NCBI GenBank assembly: GCA_024137785.1
Contig: JAHRHZ010000065.1
Coordinates: 18,215,590 to 18,279,589 of the forward strand
Source: Ginglymostoma cirratum
Taxonomy: Eukaryota
DNA length: 64,000 nt
Reading direction: 5' to 3'
In this document: in pieces, positions 1-13,218 of the stretch
How positions within the stretch are numbered: position 1 is the first letter of the stretch
Layout: each line of letters starts with the position of its first letter
Translations under genes and position numbers: made by a program
The notes under the pieces: model-generated
Told to the model about the DNA's origin: nothing
The model's database searches: none
Seen by the model: only the letters and a program-made list of their open reading frames with translations

Positions 1-1060
1 AAAGCTAGATATTCCATTACCAATGTTGCAAAGATAGATAGAATTATAAGCAGAGTATACAAGGGCATGAAATCCTAGATGTTAATAGGTTAAGTGAATG
101 GATAAAACTGTGGTAAGTGAATTCCAAAATTGTTCATCCGCTACGAACCTAATGATCGAAATATTTTCTACTTAATGAAAAGTTAGAAGCAGTGGGGTCA
201 AAAAAGATTTGGTAGACTATGGATTGTCCATGTACATAGATCATTAAAATGGCATGAATGGCCAGGAAATAATCAAGAAGGTTAAGTGAGTGCTGGCCTT
301 TTCTCTATACAGGAAAAGAGTACAACAAGACAGAGAGAAAAAAGTATTGCCGTGCAGATACTGCCGAAATAAATCTTAAATAAAAATGGAAAATGCTGGA
401 AATACTCAGCATGTTAGGCAGCATTTGCGCAGAGAAGAGTTGATGTTACGGGTTGATGACCTTTTTTACTGAGCTGCTGAGTATTTCTCATATTTCTTTT
501 TATTACAAAGAGGTAGAAGTTATACTACTGCAATACAAAATTGTTGTTAGATTATACTCGGAATACTGAGTAATTCTGAGAACATACCTTTGGAAGGATT
601 TAATGATCTTCAAAGGACTTCAGTGCAGGAGGACCAACTAGACTCCAAAGGTTAAATTATGATCAGAGACCATACAAAATGAGATTGTACTCCCTCAAAC
701 TTTATAAGGTTAAGGATTGATTTGATTAAAGCTTTTGAGGGGAACAAATAAGGTAGTTTGTGCAGATAGCCTCTGATTGTCTTGTTAATCAAGAATCTAT
801 GGGGTAGATGGAGTATGCAGTGGAAGCCACAATCAAATCAGTAATGATCCTATTGAAAGCCAAAGCAGATGCAAAGGGCTAAATGGCCTACTCCAACTCC
901 AAATTTGCATGTTCATGGACAGAGAGAAATTATTTCTGCTAGTTGCTTGTCCAGGACTGGGACATAGTCTGCCGCTTAGAGCCAGATCATTTGGGAACAA
1001 ATTTTTAAAAATATAATTTCACGCAAAGGGTGGTAGAGGACTTCCCAAAAATTGTAGCAT
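1..1060 (+). mobile_element. Decayed CR1-clade LINE, 3' part of ORF2, interrupted by younger insertions
   Basis: Remnants of CR1 C-terminal motifs: 'gatgttaataggttaagtgaatgg' resembles DxxRLSEW, and 'gaagttatactactgcaatacaaa...ggaatactg' resembles EVMLQLYK...LEYC. Many stops and indels. A separate CR1 3' tail sits at about 780-915. Confidence 0.7.
338..500. mobile_element. Short Penelope-like inverted-repeat element, decayed, nested in CR1
   Basis: Left arm 'aaaatgctggaaatactcagc' and partly complementary right arm 'gctgagtatttctcatattt'. Same family as the copies at 8.6, 8.9 and 62.9 kb. Confidence 0.6.
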
Positions 1061-2639
1061 TTGTTTCTTTCAGCCTTCTTGGTTGACAGCTGATTGCTTT
1101 TGATACTTTGGGCTATTTACTTTTGAATTCCAATTTTGTTTCTCAGAAGGAAGTGCATGTTTTTAAGACTTGTACTCTAGCTTGAAGTCCGCATTCAGAA
1201 ACCACTGGGTGTTGCTCCTGGATTTGTCACTGGCTGGTTACAAAATAGCTGGGTGGAGCATTCCGGCCTGTCTCTTAAACATGGAAATGGTGAGTTCACA
1301 AGGAGGGGATTCTCTTTGCAGATGTAGAGAGGAGTTATTTTACATATAAAGTGCAGATGAGACCTGCTGTTCCCAATCTGTTATATGAAAATGTACCTCT
1401 AGCTACAACCCTGTGTACTTCCACTGTTATCTTTGGTAACCAGGTGCTATTAGCTGAGGAGACTGGTATAGATTAGTGAAGGTATTCATTTTCAGCTTGG
1501 CATATACGATGACCTGAAGTTAACAGTTTCAGTTATCTATTGTGGTATGAATTGTGCAAAATCCTTTGTGAACACCATGCGTTGGGTCAAATTTAAATAT
1601 ACAATCTGTTAGAATGACAGTACCAAATTGAATCACGTAGAGGAAACAATCACAATAAAGGTTTAATTGACATGGAATCCAATTTCTTTTAAAAAATGGA
1701 CACTTACAATTTGGTGAACATGTTACAACCCACGCCATGATTTGCAGTGTTTTTCAGCATTTTCTATAAAAGTCTTAACAGAAATAACTGTCTTCCAGCA
1801 ATTATACTGCATATAAGACAATTTTCTTTGACATTAAAAGTTACATTTTAGTGGCATTAAGTGGAATTTAATTACAGGCTTTCTTGGAACCATTTTTGTT
1901 GAGTTCATGGCAGTATAAAATTAAGCATTAAAGTGTGAAGTTGTCATGCTTGGCTCTCAGCTAATATAGATCCAGTTTAATGACTTTGTCAGATAGTAAA
2001 AGGATCCAAATCTGATAAACTCAAACAGTGAAAAAAAACAGAAAATCATTTTAAGTTTTAGTTCATGAACAGTAAGAGGATAATAGCTATTTAAGAACGT
2101 AGTTTGTTGCTTACGTCACTACCATCAATAATTATATTTGGCGACGTTAATTTGCTTTCTCTACACAAATGATTGTTTAGACATTGAAAAAAGACAACCA
2201 GTACTAATGCGCTAATGTTATGAGACTAATTAACAATGATAACAGGAAAACCTAGAGGTAATTGTCCAAAGAAGAGGGATCTTTATTAATGCTGTCACCG
2301 GTGGACTCTTCACTAATGGACGCCCACACATGCCTCATGCAAATCTGAGTGTTACTGGGTACTGCTCAAAACAATGTAACTAATGATCTGAGATCATCTA
2401 CGACCAGACTGCCCATCCTTGACCATAACAAATAAGACCTCCCCCTGACAACTTTATAATCCTATGTGGCAGTGAATTTTTGTTCCTCTGTCTTTTACTT
2501 TCCATGCCTCAGCTTCCATCTGATACACAAAGTTCAGTTTGCCTGACTAAAAGCCCAGCAGATAATCCCTAATTTCCATGCTTTTGATAATGAGGAACTC
2601 TGGCAGTCTAGCACAGGAGACTGGAGGGGCCAAGATCAC

Positions 2640-5150
2640 ACCTAAGACATTAAGACACGAGCAGAAATAAGCTTTTCAACCCATCACATCTGGTGTGCTG
2701 TTCAATGAGATCTTGACTGATCTCAACTTCATTTTTCAGTTTTAGGGTTAGAGTTCCCCTATGTTCACTTTGACCTCTCTCTCTTCCTTTTTACGTATTT
2801 AAAGAACCACTAACTGTTCTTCTCAATACTATTATAGTTTCTCTTTCATTATTTTTGGGGCTTTTTTTGTTGTTTTTTTTAAAAGCCTTCCCATCCTCCA
2901 ATCTTTACAGTGAATGTTTTTCTTTCAGTTTGATGCTCTCCTTAAGTTCCCTGGTTAACGATGGTTGACTTGTCATCTTCCTAGAATCCTTCTTCCTCAT
3001 TGGGATTTTTTTTGCAGTGAGCCATGAACTACTTTCTGAAATGTCTTCCATTGTTCCTCAACCATCTCTGCTGCTGATCTCCTTTCTTGGTCCACTTCCA
3101 CCTATTCTGTCTCCACTGATTTGTAATCACCCTAATTTAAACTCAGCTTAGTTGTTTCCAAGTTCCTTTCTCTCAAACCAAATGCTAAATTCTACTATAT
3201 ATGGTCACTGTTTCCTAGGGGATCTTTTACTCTGATATCATTTATTAACCTTGCCACATTACACATTACCAGACCCAAAATAGCCAGATCCCTGGTTGGC
3301 TGTACATGTTCTAGGAAATTGTCCCAAGTACACATTATGAATTTTTCCTCATTGCTAGCTCTTCTAATCTGACTATCCCGATCTACATGAAGATTAAAGT
3401 CACCCACGATTAATCTACTGCCTTTATTACATGCCCCCATCATCTGATTTATTCTCTGTGCCACCATATAACCACTGTTATGGATCCTACAGAGTACTCC
3501 TACCAGTGTCATCTTCCCCTTTTTATTTTACCTTCACCCATATAGATCTACATCTTTCAATCCTAGATTTCTTGCTATATGCTTATTCCATCCCATTCTA
3601 ACAATTCTATCCCACAACCCTATTTTTCCTGCCTGTCCTCTTGAAAGTTACACACTCTTGAATGGTTAGTTTCCAGCTTTGATCTTCTTGTAACCATGTT
3701 TCCAAAATGCTTTTATGAACATATTCATTAATATATTTGTGCCATTATTTCACTTATTTCATTAGGAATACTAAGTGAAGTAAAGAGCCACCAGTCTTGC
3801 TGTTTTACCATTTTACCATTGTTTTTCCCCACTGTATTACTGCTGTTTTTTTTCTATGTTTGCATTGTTTGCTGCTCTCCGTTCCAATCTGAGTATCATT
3901 ACCCAAATATCTACTCTATGATGCTGCCATATCCCTTTTCTGCAGGAGTCTACGTTTCCCCTCTCCCAAAACCTCCCACCTGGTAATTAGTTTAAGACCC
4001 TCTTTGCACAATTTAGTTATTCAATTCATCAGGACACTGGTCCCAGAACAGTTCAAGTGAAACCCATTCCACCAGAACAGCTCCTCTACTCCTGTACTGG
4101 AGCCAGTGCTCCATGAACTGAGACTTGTTACACCCAATACAATCTGTGAGCCATGTGTTTAACTCTTCGACTTTATTGATCCAGTGTGCCCATGGCTCAG
4201 GCTATAATCCTGAGATTATCATGTTGGAGGTTGTGCTTTTCAATTTAGCTCATAACTGTTGAAATTCTTTGAGTAGAACCTCATTTCTGGTCCTATCAAT
4301 GTTGATATTGATGACAACAACTCATCCCTCTCCTCCCACTCCAAGTAATTCTCCAGCCCTGGGGAGATATCCTTACCCTGGCACTGGACAGGCAACGCAG
4401 TGTTTGACTTTCACACATGGCTGCAAAGAATATCATCTACCCCCCCTCCAATTATACTGTATCCTACTATTTCTACATTCTTGTTTCCTCTATTCACTTG
4501 ATTGGTTCCCTGTTTCAAGGTGCTGTGGTCAGTTTTCTCATCAGCCCTTCAGCTTTGTCTAAAAGGTTACAAGAACCTTGTAATTTTGAGGCAATTGTAG
4601 GGGCTCAGGCTCATCAGTTGTAATCCCCTAGATCCTCATACCTGCTGTCACACCCTTCTGTCCCTAAATACAGACCAATTTTGAATTACCTAGTCTGAGG
4701 AATGTGATACCCTCTGGAACAAAGTGTCCACATAACTTTCCCCAACACTGATATGGCGCCATGCCTACAACTTGGACTCCAGCTCCTCAACTCTGATCAA
4801 ACGTTCCTCAACCTGCAACCATCCAGATGTGTTCACTCTGGATCTCACTAGTGTCCAACAGCTCCCACATGTTGCAGCAGCTACACATCACCCATCCTGC
4901 CATCACTATCATACTTGATCTTATTTTGAAATTCATTCCTTGAGATGCCTGCTGTTTACACTTTACTGCAAAGACATTTCATTTTTATAAACTTAAAAAG
5001 AAAAGAAACCCCAATTTCAGTCTGATACTTCAGCTGTTATTTTTCAAGAAAAGAGAGAGAAAAATACTGGAGACCTAAATACATACTGAAGACTTTCTTT
5101 TTACTTTAAAGACTAGAAATATTCACCACTCTTACTCACCAATCAGTTTT
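2640..5150 (-). mobile_element. Decayed CR1 LINE retaining ORF1 (zinc finger plus SGNH esterase) and APE endonuclease; RT region absent
   Basis: ORF 3195-3512 has LIVGDFNLH and DPLGNSDH (APE endonuclease). Minus-strand remnants IVGYSI (GDS-like, ~4460), CLSSARVRDIS (~4385), NGFHLN (DGxH-like, ~4060) and MCSCCNMWEL (~4875) match CR1 ORF1. A CR1 3' tail lies at about 2640-2735. Confidence 0.8.
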
Positions 5151-6084
5151 GTTTCCCTACACTTGCATCACATTGTGTTTTGTAACATACTCTGCTGCTG
5201 GTCTCACTGCAACTCAGCTTCTCGTTCCATAGCTTTTATCTTCTCCCATTCGGCTCTTGCTCTGGAGAGTTTACATCTTACAGTAAACCCTGGTTAAATC
5301 ACTTCTGTCCTCCTTTGCACCATTTTCCATTTTGAACCAAATTTCTAACAAGACAGTCATAACTCACTTGGCCTCCATCTCACTATGCTGAAGTCTGCTC
5401 ACGCTGACTGTGCCCCTTACTCACCTGTGTCCTCTTGAACTGCATAATGCTTTTGTATTTCAGTGGACTTTCTGGCAGCTACCTTACCTTTGCTCCGGCA
5501 AGTACAGATTGGATCTGTTTTGGCAGTTTTCTGATTCCCTAATCTAGCCTTCTTTTTCAAATTTTAATACAGAACACAGAAGTTAGTGGTGACTTCTCAG
5601 GATTGTGGTCCTGTTTGGTACATACTGAATTGCTTGTTTCAACATGCAAAAAAGCACAAAAAGTACAAAAATATAAACTAAATTAAACTGAGGCAAAATA
5701 TTGTTTATATTTGTATATATATTTGTTTCATTATGCATTATTCAACATGATAAATTAGGAATGCCATACTTTTGCCAATACTGGTCTTGAGCCTGCAACT
5801 GTACATAATGTGAAAGAAAGCAATATACCTTGACTTAATTCACTCTTCTGTCTCTATTGGGAAGTTTTGATTGCATGGTTTTAAGCCTCTTCTCCAGGAT
5901 CCTCTGATTTTGAGTTTTGAAAAAAAACGAATGCGTAACCAATACTGTGTTTCAAATGAAGAAAGAGAATTTAAAGGTAATTGACCATAGAGATACTAGA
6001 ATTGCCCTTATATGGAGGCTCCCTGGAATGATTGAGAGTCTGTTGTGGGAGCATTGGAATGACAGTATAGATTCAGTTTGAAAC

Positions 6085-6460
6085 TGTTATGACACTGACA
6101 AGAATGTATCATTGGTTTTGGGAGTTTTGTGCCCCTTTTATGAGAGTGGACTGGCCACAAAATTGTCATTAGACTACTTTAATGAGATAAAGCCAGAACA
6201 AATTTATTAAGTGCTCAAGGGCTATATTTCTCCTTTTCTAGACTGAGCAGGGAATGCATGATGGCTTCTCTTCTTACAGCTTCAAATTTCTATCTCTGTC
6301 TCTTGCCTTCTCTTTTTCCAGTTTTCATCCTGAAGTTGCCTTGCTTGGAAGGATTACTTCTATTCTGGCTGTTATAAATTAACTGCTCCCATTTCCAGTC
6401 ATCTTCAGCCTCATGGGGCTCATCTCCTTAGTATGCTTTTCTTGACTAACCATGAATAGT
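6085..6460 (-). mobile_element. Possible LTR remnant
   Basis: On the minus strand it ends ...GTCATAACA at 6085 with AATAAA about 120 nt upstream. The other boundary and a TSD were not found. Confidence 0.25.
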
Positions 6461-7289
6461 CCATGAATGTGTTGATAACCTTATATATTTACACAGTGCC
6501 CTTTGGTATTCAGCATTGTTTCTCATGGACTTCAACATCCCATGGTCTCTTTTCTTTTCTTTTCTTTTCTTTTGAAGGGGCTTGTAGTTTCCATTTTTGT
6601 CTTTGCCATGTAGCCAAGTAGCTTTTACTGTCTTCAAGAACTTCTTGTTTCCAATGCAATAAGCTTTTAAAACTTGACATTTCCCATAATCCTCCTACCT
6701 TGGCAATTTTCATATTATGGCTTATTTCTAAGTTTTCCCACTCAGTGCTGCAGAAAAGGGTATTTAATAAAGTTAATGTTAATAAACATATTAACAACCT
6801 AATAATCTTACGGCTCATGTAAAAATATCAATAATTTGTTACTATCTTTCCTATTCTGCATTCAGTGATTTAACTGACGTATGTGGAGTGAAAAACAGAA
6901 GAATATATCATGCTCTTTATATTAAAATGAAAGATAAATTATTTTCACTGAACTGCCGTCACTAGCCATGAGCTTTATATATACAAATTTGTATACAAAT
7001 CAACAGAGCTTTACACCTTTGCAGAAAATCTGAATATTTTCTGCTTACTTTAAAGCTTCTCTTCAGTGTAGTTTTCATATCAAAAGTACAATTAAAATAA
7101 TTAAATGGCACAATTAAACCTCAGTATGACACTGTGTAAGCCAATCAATGTGTATTATAAATCCAGTCTATTTCTTTTTAACCTTCTGTTTCTGCTCTAG
7201 TGAAGAGGATTCCTAGTCTCTCCTAGTGATTCTCATTCTGACTGTGACCTTTGTTAATTTGCTTTTTTTACCCTTTCATTGGCCTTGGC

Positions 7290-7880
7290 CTTCCTAGAGA
7301 CTTTGGAGGCATATGATAAAGCTCCGTGAGGAAAGCAATTAATGGAACTCAAAGCAATGGGAATTCAGTGTAAGTCATAGCAAATGATAAGGACCTGCCT
7401 GAACGATAGGTAATAACCAGGCCTCCCACAAGGAGAGACATGCTCAGTGTGGTATCTTGATGCATAGTATTTGGGCCACTACCATTTATAGTTTCGAGTA
7501 ATCATCCGATTCAAAAACTCAATGAAAGAGGCAAACTTGATACCGGTGCTAAACTAGGATACACAGTAGAGAGGAGACAACTTTGAAATGACAGGGAATG
7601 TGAGTGGGCTGAACAACGAAATTGAATGTGGGTGACTGCAAAGTGTCACACTAAGGAAGAAAACTGGATGACGCTTCAAGAATGATGATGAAATAACAGA
7701 GGAAGTGATTGAAAAGAACCGAGGAGCCTTCGTGCATTTAATGTTAAACGCCCAACCTGTGTACAGGAGCAAAAGGAAAGCCAGTCGGATGTTGATATAC
7801 ATTATGAAAACAATCAGAAGAGGTCATGTTCAAACCTGCAAGCCATTAAATTGTGTTGTATAGCACTCGTTTTTCAGATG
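7290..7880 (+). mobile_element. Very old CR1-type LINE RT fragment
   Basis: 'gactttggaggcatatgataaagctcc...gaactcaaagcaatgggaatt' resembles DFxKAFDKVPH...LKAxGI. Heavily disrupted. Confidence 0.45.
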
Positions 7881-8580
7881 TCACTCAGTCTCCTAGGTTA
7901 CCCAAATTGGCAAGCAGGCAGGATTCATGCTTCACTAGCATCTGAAAGTGCACCTCTTACCATCTTAGGTAAGGACAAACCAAACATTTCTTCCAGGTAT
8001 AACATCTTTCCCATTTGGAACCTATGGAGGGAGGGAGCCATTGAAGATTGCCCTGACAACAGCCTGAGGCAAGGGACTTCAAGGGGTCACTCAGGAGGTC
8101 CAGAAGAGTGTCCCTGCCCCTCCAACCCCACAAGGAAACGCAGAATTACATTTTAAAAATTACCTTCCTAAACGTCTTCTGATTCATAAGCCACCTTTCA
8201 GTAAGTCTGATCTGATCGGGAAGGTGTCAATTCTTTTCTGCTCAGAATTCCAACTAACATTGCAGACAGATCTCAATGATGCCAGTGGGATCAGATGTCA
8301 ATATTTAATCCCTGGCTTTCTAATGAGTGATCTGGTGGCTAGTTCAGAGGAGCAGGGTATCATCAGGACACAGGAATGTAGTGGTGTCAGTATGGATATT
8401 TTGAGCACCTTCATTTTAACTATCGGCTACGTGGTTTGTGCCAGATAGGATGAGTTGGTATTGATGCAATGATTTTAAGGAGGTATATATAGGAATGCTA
8501 AGAATATAAAAAAAAAACACAACCCAGAACATTACTTCACTTGAAACTTAAAGACATACTCAAACTAAAAACTGCCAATT

Positions 8581-8730
8581 AAAACCACAAGAATTGCAGA
8601 TGCTGTAAAACAGAAACAAAAACAGAAATTGCTAGAAAAGCTTAGCAGGTTTGGCAGCATCTGTGGAGAGAAAGCAGAGTTAATGTTTCAGGTTGAGTGA
8701 CCTTCGCTCTGATTTCTCTCCATAAAAATC
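8581..8730. mobile_element. Penelope-like short element, one arm plus stub
   Basis: 'cagaaattgctagaaaagcttagcaggtttggcagcatctgtggagagaaagcagagttaatgtttcagg' closely matches 62881-63016. Confidence 0.75.
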
Positions 8731-8884
8731 ACTATATTAGGATTGATATCCGGAAATTCTTCTCCATAAAAAAGAAGAGTAATGTGATTATACCAGGGAT
8801 CAAAGTAGTGGCAAATGCTGTATGCTGTTAGAAGATCTAACTAGGAAATACATGTTTTTAAATCGAGGACTAAATACAAATAAA

Positions 8885-9112
8885 ACCCAAACAAAATATT
8901 GCAGATGATGGAAAACTGACATAAAACCAGAAAATACTGGAGGAACAAAGCAGGTCAGGCAGCATCTGTGGACTGAGAAACTGAGTCAATGTTCTGAGCC
9001 TGGTTCAGAACTCAGTTGAAAAAAAGTCATATCGGACTCAAAACTTTAACTCTGTTTCTTTCTCCACACGTGCTGCCAGATCTGTTGAGTCTCCCTAGCA
9101 TTTTCTGGTTTG
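8885..9112. mobile_element. Penelope-like palindromic element, two inverted arms
   Basis: Left arm 'ccagaaaatactggagg...ggcagcatctgtgg...cagaact' and right arm 'cagttg...ccacacgtgctgcc...agcattttctgg' are imperfectly complementary. Confidence 0.75.
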
Positions 9113-9759
9113 ACCTAAAACTTGTTCTCCACCAGCCAGACTTCTGCTAGTTCTCTGGTGCTGACCAATCGCAGAAGCACAATTATGAAAAGCTGACAAA
9201 AGCCATGGAAATTCACAAACCTGTCTGAAGGTATGGTCATTGGAAAGGGTAATGCGGCGTCAGTGAATGAAGAACATTTGCTGCAGTGTGTGGCTTCCAG
9301 GATGATGAGTAAAGCTTGGCTGTTTGAAAAAAAACCTCTTGTCTTCAATAGTATTTGACAGATTGTGAAAGACGAAAAAAAAGAACTGACCCACTTTGCA
9401 CTGCAAATTCAAGGCACTGACTGCAGTGCATTAGCAGGGGTTTGAAAAGTGCCAGTGGCATAAACATCAAGTCCGACTGTCACCTTTAGTAGCAATTCTG
9501 AGTAAAATTCCTGCTTGCCTGACATTATAACATGAAGGAGTAGTTTCTTGAATCTGAAGCAGTAAAAAATGATCTGATTCAGACAAGCTGTGACAAATCA
9601 CCGCAACATTAACACAGAAGAACTAAATCTTCTTGCCAGTCTTTCATTTGTATGAAGACAGAGTATATTCATTTTTCTGAGTGAAGCTAACAGTACAAAT
9701 TAATGGGTTACTGCTGACTTAACCATAAATGTCGCAAGGGAGGCCGAAGACTCTGCTAT

Positions 9760-10400
9760 CAATGATATAGCCTAGAGAAGGTACATTTAGTCCAAAACGT
9801 AGAGGGTATTATGTAGTGGATATGAAGTCCATTGAGAAACCTGAGAGAAGAAATCCTCAGATTGATGGCCAGTAGTCAATGGGCCAATGAAAATAGGAAA
9901 CACGAGTATGTGACATTGTAAGATATAAGCTGTAGAGTTCCAGTTAAGTGAGAAGTGGTGCATGGAGGATCTGGGAGGCCAAGAAATGAAAGCATTACAG
10001 AAATGAAGCCTTGTGATGACATAGATATGAATACAGGTTTCAATGGTGGTAGAATGGTACATGATAACTGGGAAGGATAGGTAGCCAATTCTCATCTTGC
10101 CGGTGACACTGACTTCCCATGAATGGATTTAAAAAAAAAATAGATCTCCTGACTATAACATGGTTTGAGGTACGGAGCTTGCCAGTGTTATGCAAGCATC
10201 ATGCACTAATGTATCTATGATTAAAAAGTCCATTATGGAACTCCTCAGTTCTCCAATGTTAATCTCTTGGGACACTCTCCATACATTATTAAGAGCAGTA
10301 TCGTCAACCACTTTGGTTCTGTGGTCTGTGTTTTCTCTCCAGACCTTTTGTAGGCACCTCCCCGCACCAACACCATCCCGTCGTCATAAGGAACAATCTT
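9760..10400 (-). mobile_element. Old L2-type LINE fragment
   Basis: ORF 9787-10095 contains IETCIHIYVITRLHFCNAFISWPP, a decayed form of the L2 motif ETLIHAFITSRLDYCNALLxGLP. Confidence 0.6.
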
Positions 10401-10469
10401 AAAAGTGTTCCTAATACTGTCTCCTTTAGCTCATTTCTATATGCACTTGATTAGTGCAGAGCATTGGAA

Positions 10470-11115
10470 TGTTATTAGGACCCCTTCTAGGTCAGAAATG
10501 GAGAGCAACACAGGTCCTTGAAATGCGGATGCGGCATGGCATTGCCAACCCTGTTCCTGACATTAATATTTTGGGCAGGGTGAGGTCAGGATCTGGCAAT
10601 GCCACCCGTCTCCCATAAGATTGTCAGCTAATTGCACTCATTAAAACCTTGATAAGGCTAGGTGATGGAGCTGACTGGGATTTCCCAGTCGACCTACAGT
10701 TTCCCAATGTGATTCCCAGAGGCAGGCACCAAGTAGTAGACCAGGGTGTCAGGTTACCAGGCAGCCTATAGACCCTCCCAGCCTACACTCAACGGCTATC
10801 TTGTGAAGGGATTTTCTCTCAGCCCAGTGGTGGGCCTGATTGATAAAGAAATAATAAAAGCAAATGTTTAAAAATGTTATTGAGAGAGCAACTCTATTGT
10901 TCAGTCATTGTAGTAGGTCACTTCTTTGATGAATCCTCTGGCCCTCCAATTTGAGAGTCAGCCTGCTGCCTTTAATTGGGCAGGAAATCTATGTCCTTGC
11001 CAACTAAGGGGGCAGCCCATGCAAATCCCAAAGAATGAGTGTTCCCCTTCTACCCCACTTCAGGGTGAATTCAAGGTGGTTCCTCTTTCCCACTTACAGA
11101 AAAAAAATTCAACCT
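10470..11115. mobile_element. GC-richer non-autonomous DNA-transposon relic, possibly Harbinger-type
   Basis: GC-rich island ending in 'aaaattcaacc', similar to the AAATTCTGCCC and AAAATCTAGCCC ends at 31835 and 58735. Left TIR not resolved. Confidence 0.3.
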
Positions 11116-12531
11116 TAAATGAAGATTGACAATGAAGCTTGTGTCAATGCCACGGTGACAGGTGGTGCATGACATGAATTATACTTTTATGTGACTTTTG
11201 TACCAATATCCTACTATATAATTATTTGTATTATGGTTGTAAATAAATTAAAATTAATGGTATACTGGTACTTAATAAATCGAATTATCATTTACTGCTT
11301 CAAATGATGGATATTAAAGAAATATTGATGAAAATGTGTTTTAAAAAAATACGTTCCTGGTGATGATGAAGTGTCTAAAAAGCTGCAGTAATGTTGTTTG
11401 CCTGTAATGGAATTATGTGTTTAACGTTGAAGGCAGAACACAATGTAATCTGTCTAGAGAAACTTACTTTTGTATTGTTGACATTACTTCCATTTTCCCA
11501 TCAGACTTCAAATGTAGGTAGATATCAGAGTTCTCAAAATTGTCATCTATTTTCTGTTATAAGTTCTCATTCATGTCACTGCAAAGCATACACGAGGTTT
11601 CCCTGTATTTCTGCCATACTTTATTACAGAGAGTCATTTCCTTCCTCAAGGGACTATTGTGGGCACATTAAAGTAAATACAATAATGTTCTTAAGGGCAA
11701 AGTAATGCATCTTTTATTATTTGGAAATATAGTTGTATTTGGGCTTGTGTTGTTTGATTAATACATGTTATGATGATCGTTGTGAGTGCATCACCTGAAA
11801 TTCCATGGAAATCAACTGTCTGTGCCTCAGGCCCACATCTGAACTATGACAGCCCTTTCTCTATCAGCATGTAGCAAATGTGTTACAAGATAGCAACTGA
11901 GGCAGGGGGTGGGGAGGTGGAGAGGGAATGTGTTTTCTAATAGTGAGCTTTGAAAGAAAGTTGATTGCTTATTTAATTTGCTTCAGCATACAGTATTTCT
12001 TTAGCTTAGGTGAAAATAGCAGCACCACAACGATAGCCTCATTTTTTTAAAAAAAGAAATGCCTGCCATTAATGGAAAGAGAATTTTAGAGTTTGACCAT
12101 TTGATAAATGATATGTTCAGTATTCCACAAATGATAGCTTTGTAGTTAACAAGAGTCGTTCTGAGTTTAATTACAACATCTTCCTTCCAGTTTTATTAAT
12201 TATCTCACCAAGCTCCCACACAGGCTATTTAATCTATATAAAAAAACGTTATATTTATTTGAAGACTAGAAGACGTTGTAGGAAAGCTCAACAATCAGGT
12301 ATACTTTGGATAACCAACACTAACAGCAATGAAGCCTGTTGGTTAGCTGCTGCTTGGCATCCCGGGCACATGTCAATTTGCATGTTCCCTTAAAGTGATA
12401 TCACAACAGAAATTGGCCTAAATTTGAGAAGGAGTTCTGCACTTGTTTGAAAATAAAATGTTTCATTTTGCCACAGATATTTGACTGGCACTAGAACTTT
12501 ACCCGATATTTGCTTCTCTGGATGCTTCTTC

Positions 12532-12878
12532 ATCATCATAGAATCCTACAGTGTGGAAACTGGCCATTCAGCCCAACAAGTTCACTCTGACCCTCCAAAG
12601 AACATCCTACCCAGACCCATCCCCCTAAACCTGCATTTCCTATGGCTAATACACCCTAAGCTACACATCTCTGGACACTATGGACAATTTAGTGTTGCCA
12701 GTCGAACTAACCTGCGCATCTTTGGACTGTGGGAGGAAACTGGAGCACCCGCCGGAAACCCCCACAGACACAGGAGAACATGCAAACTGCACACAGATAG
12801 TTGTCTGAGGCCTGAATCAAACCCGGGTCCCTGGCGATGTGAGGCAGCAATGCTAACCACTGAGCCACCATGCCACCC
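12532..12878 (-). mobile_element. tRNA-derived V-SINE (shark HE1-type)
   Basis: Minus strand has A box TGGCTCAGTGG, B-box-like GGTTTGATTC, V-domain 'gtttgcatgttctcc...gggtttcc...gtgctccagtttcctccc' and a CR1-like tail ending in TATGATGATG. Confidence 0.9.
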
Positions 12879-12984
12879 TTTGCAGTTTTATCACTTTGGA
12901 AATTTTGGTTTTGTGGAGGTTTGGAAAACTTCTGTAAGTGTGCCCATTGCTTAATGTTTTATTACAGTCATGGTGAAAATTGGT

Positions 12985-13218
12985 TATAGAGTCATAGGGT
13001 CATACAGCACGGAAACAGACCCTTGGGTGCATCACGTCCATGCTGACCAGATATCCTAAATTGCTCTAGCCCCATTTGCCAGCATTTGGCCTCTATGCCT
13101 CTAAACCCTTCCTATTCACGTACCCATCCAGATGCCTTTTAAATGCTGTAATTGTACTAGCCTCCACCACTTCCTCTGACAGCTCTTTCCACACATGCAC
13201 CATTCTCTGTAAGAAAAC
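12985..13218 (-). mobile_element. CR1 LINE 3' end
   Basis: ORF 13093-13332 ends QRMVHVWKELSEEVVEASTITAFKRHLDGY, followed by a CR1 3' UTR with a CTATGACTCTAT tail. Confidence 0.9.

Noticed and set aside
12481-12954. 157-aa ORF and similar ORFs at 16742-17063
   Set aside because: They are read-through frames of V-SINEs.
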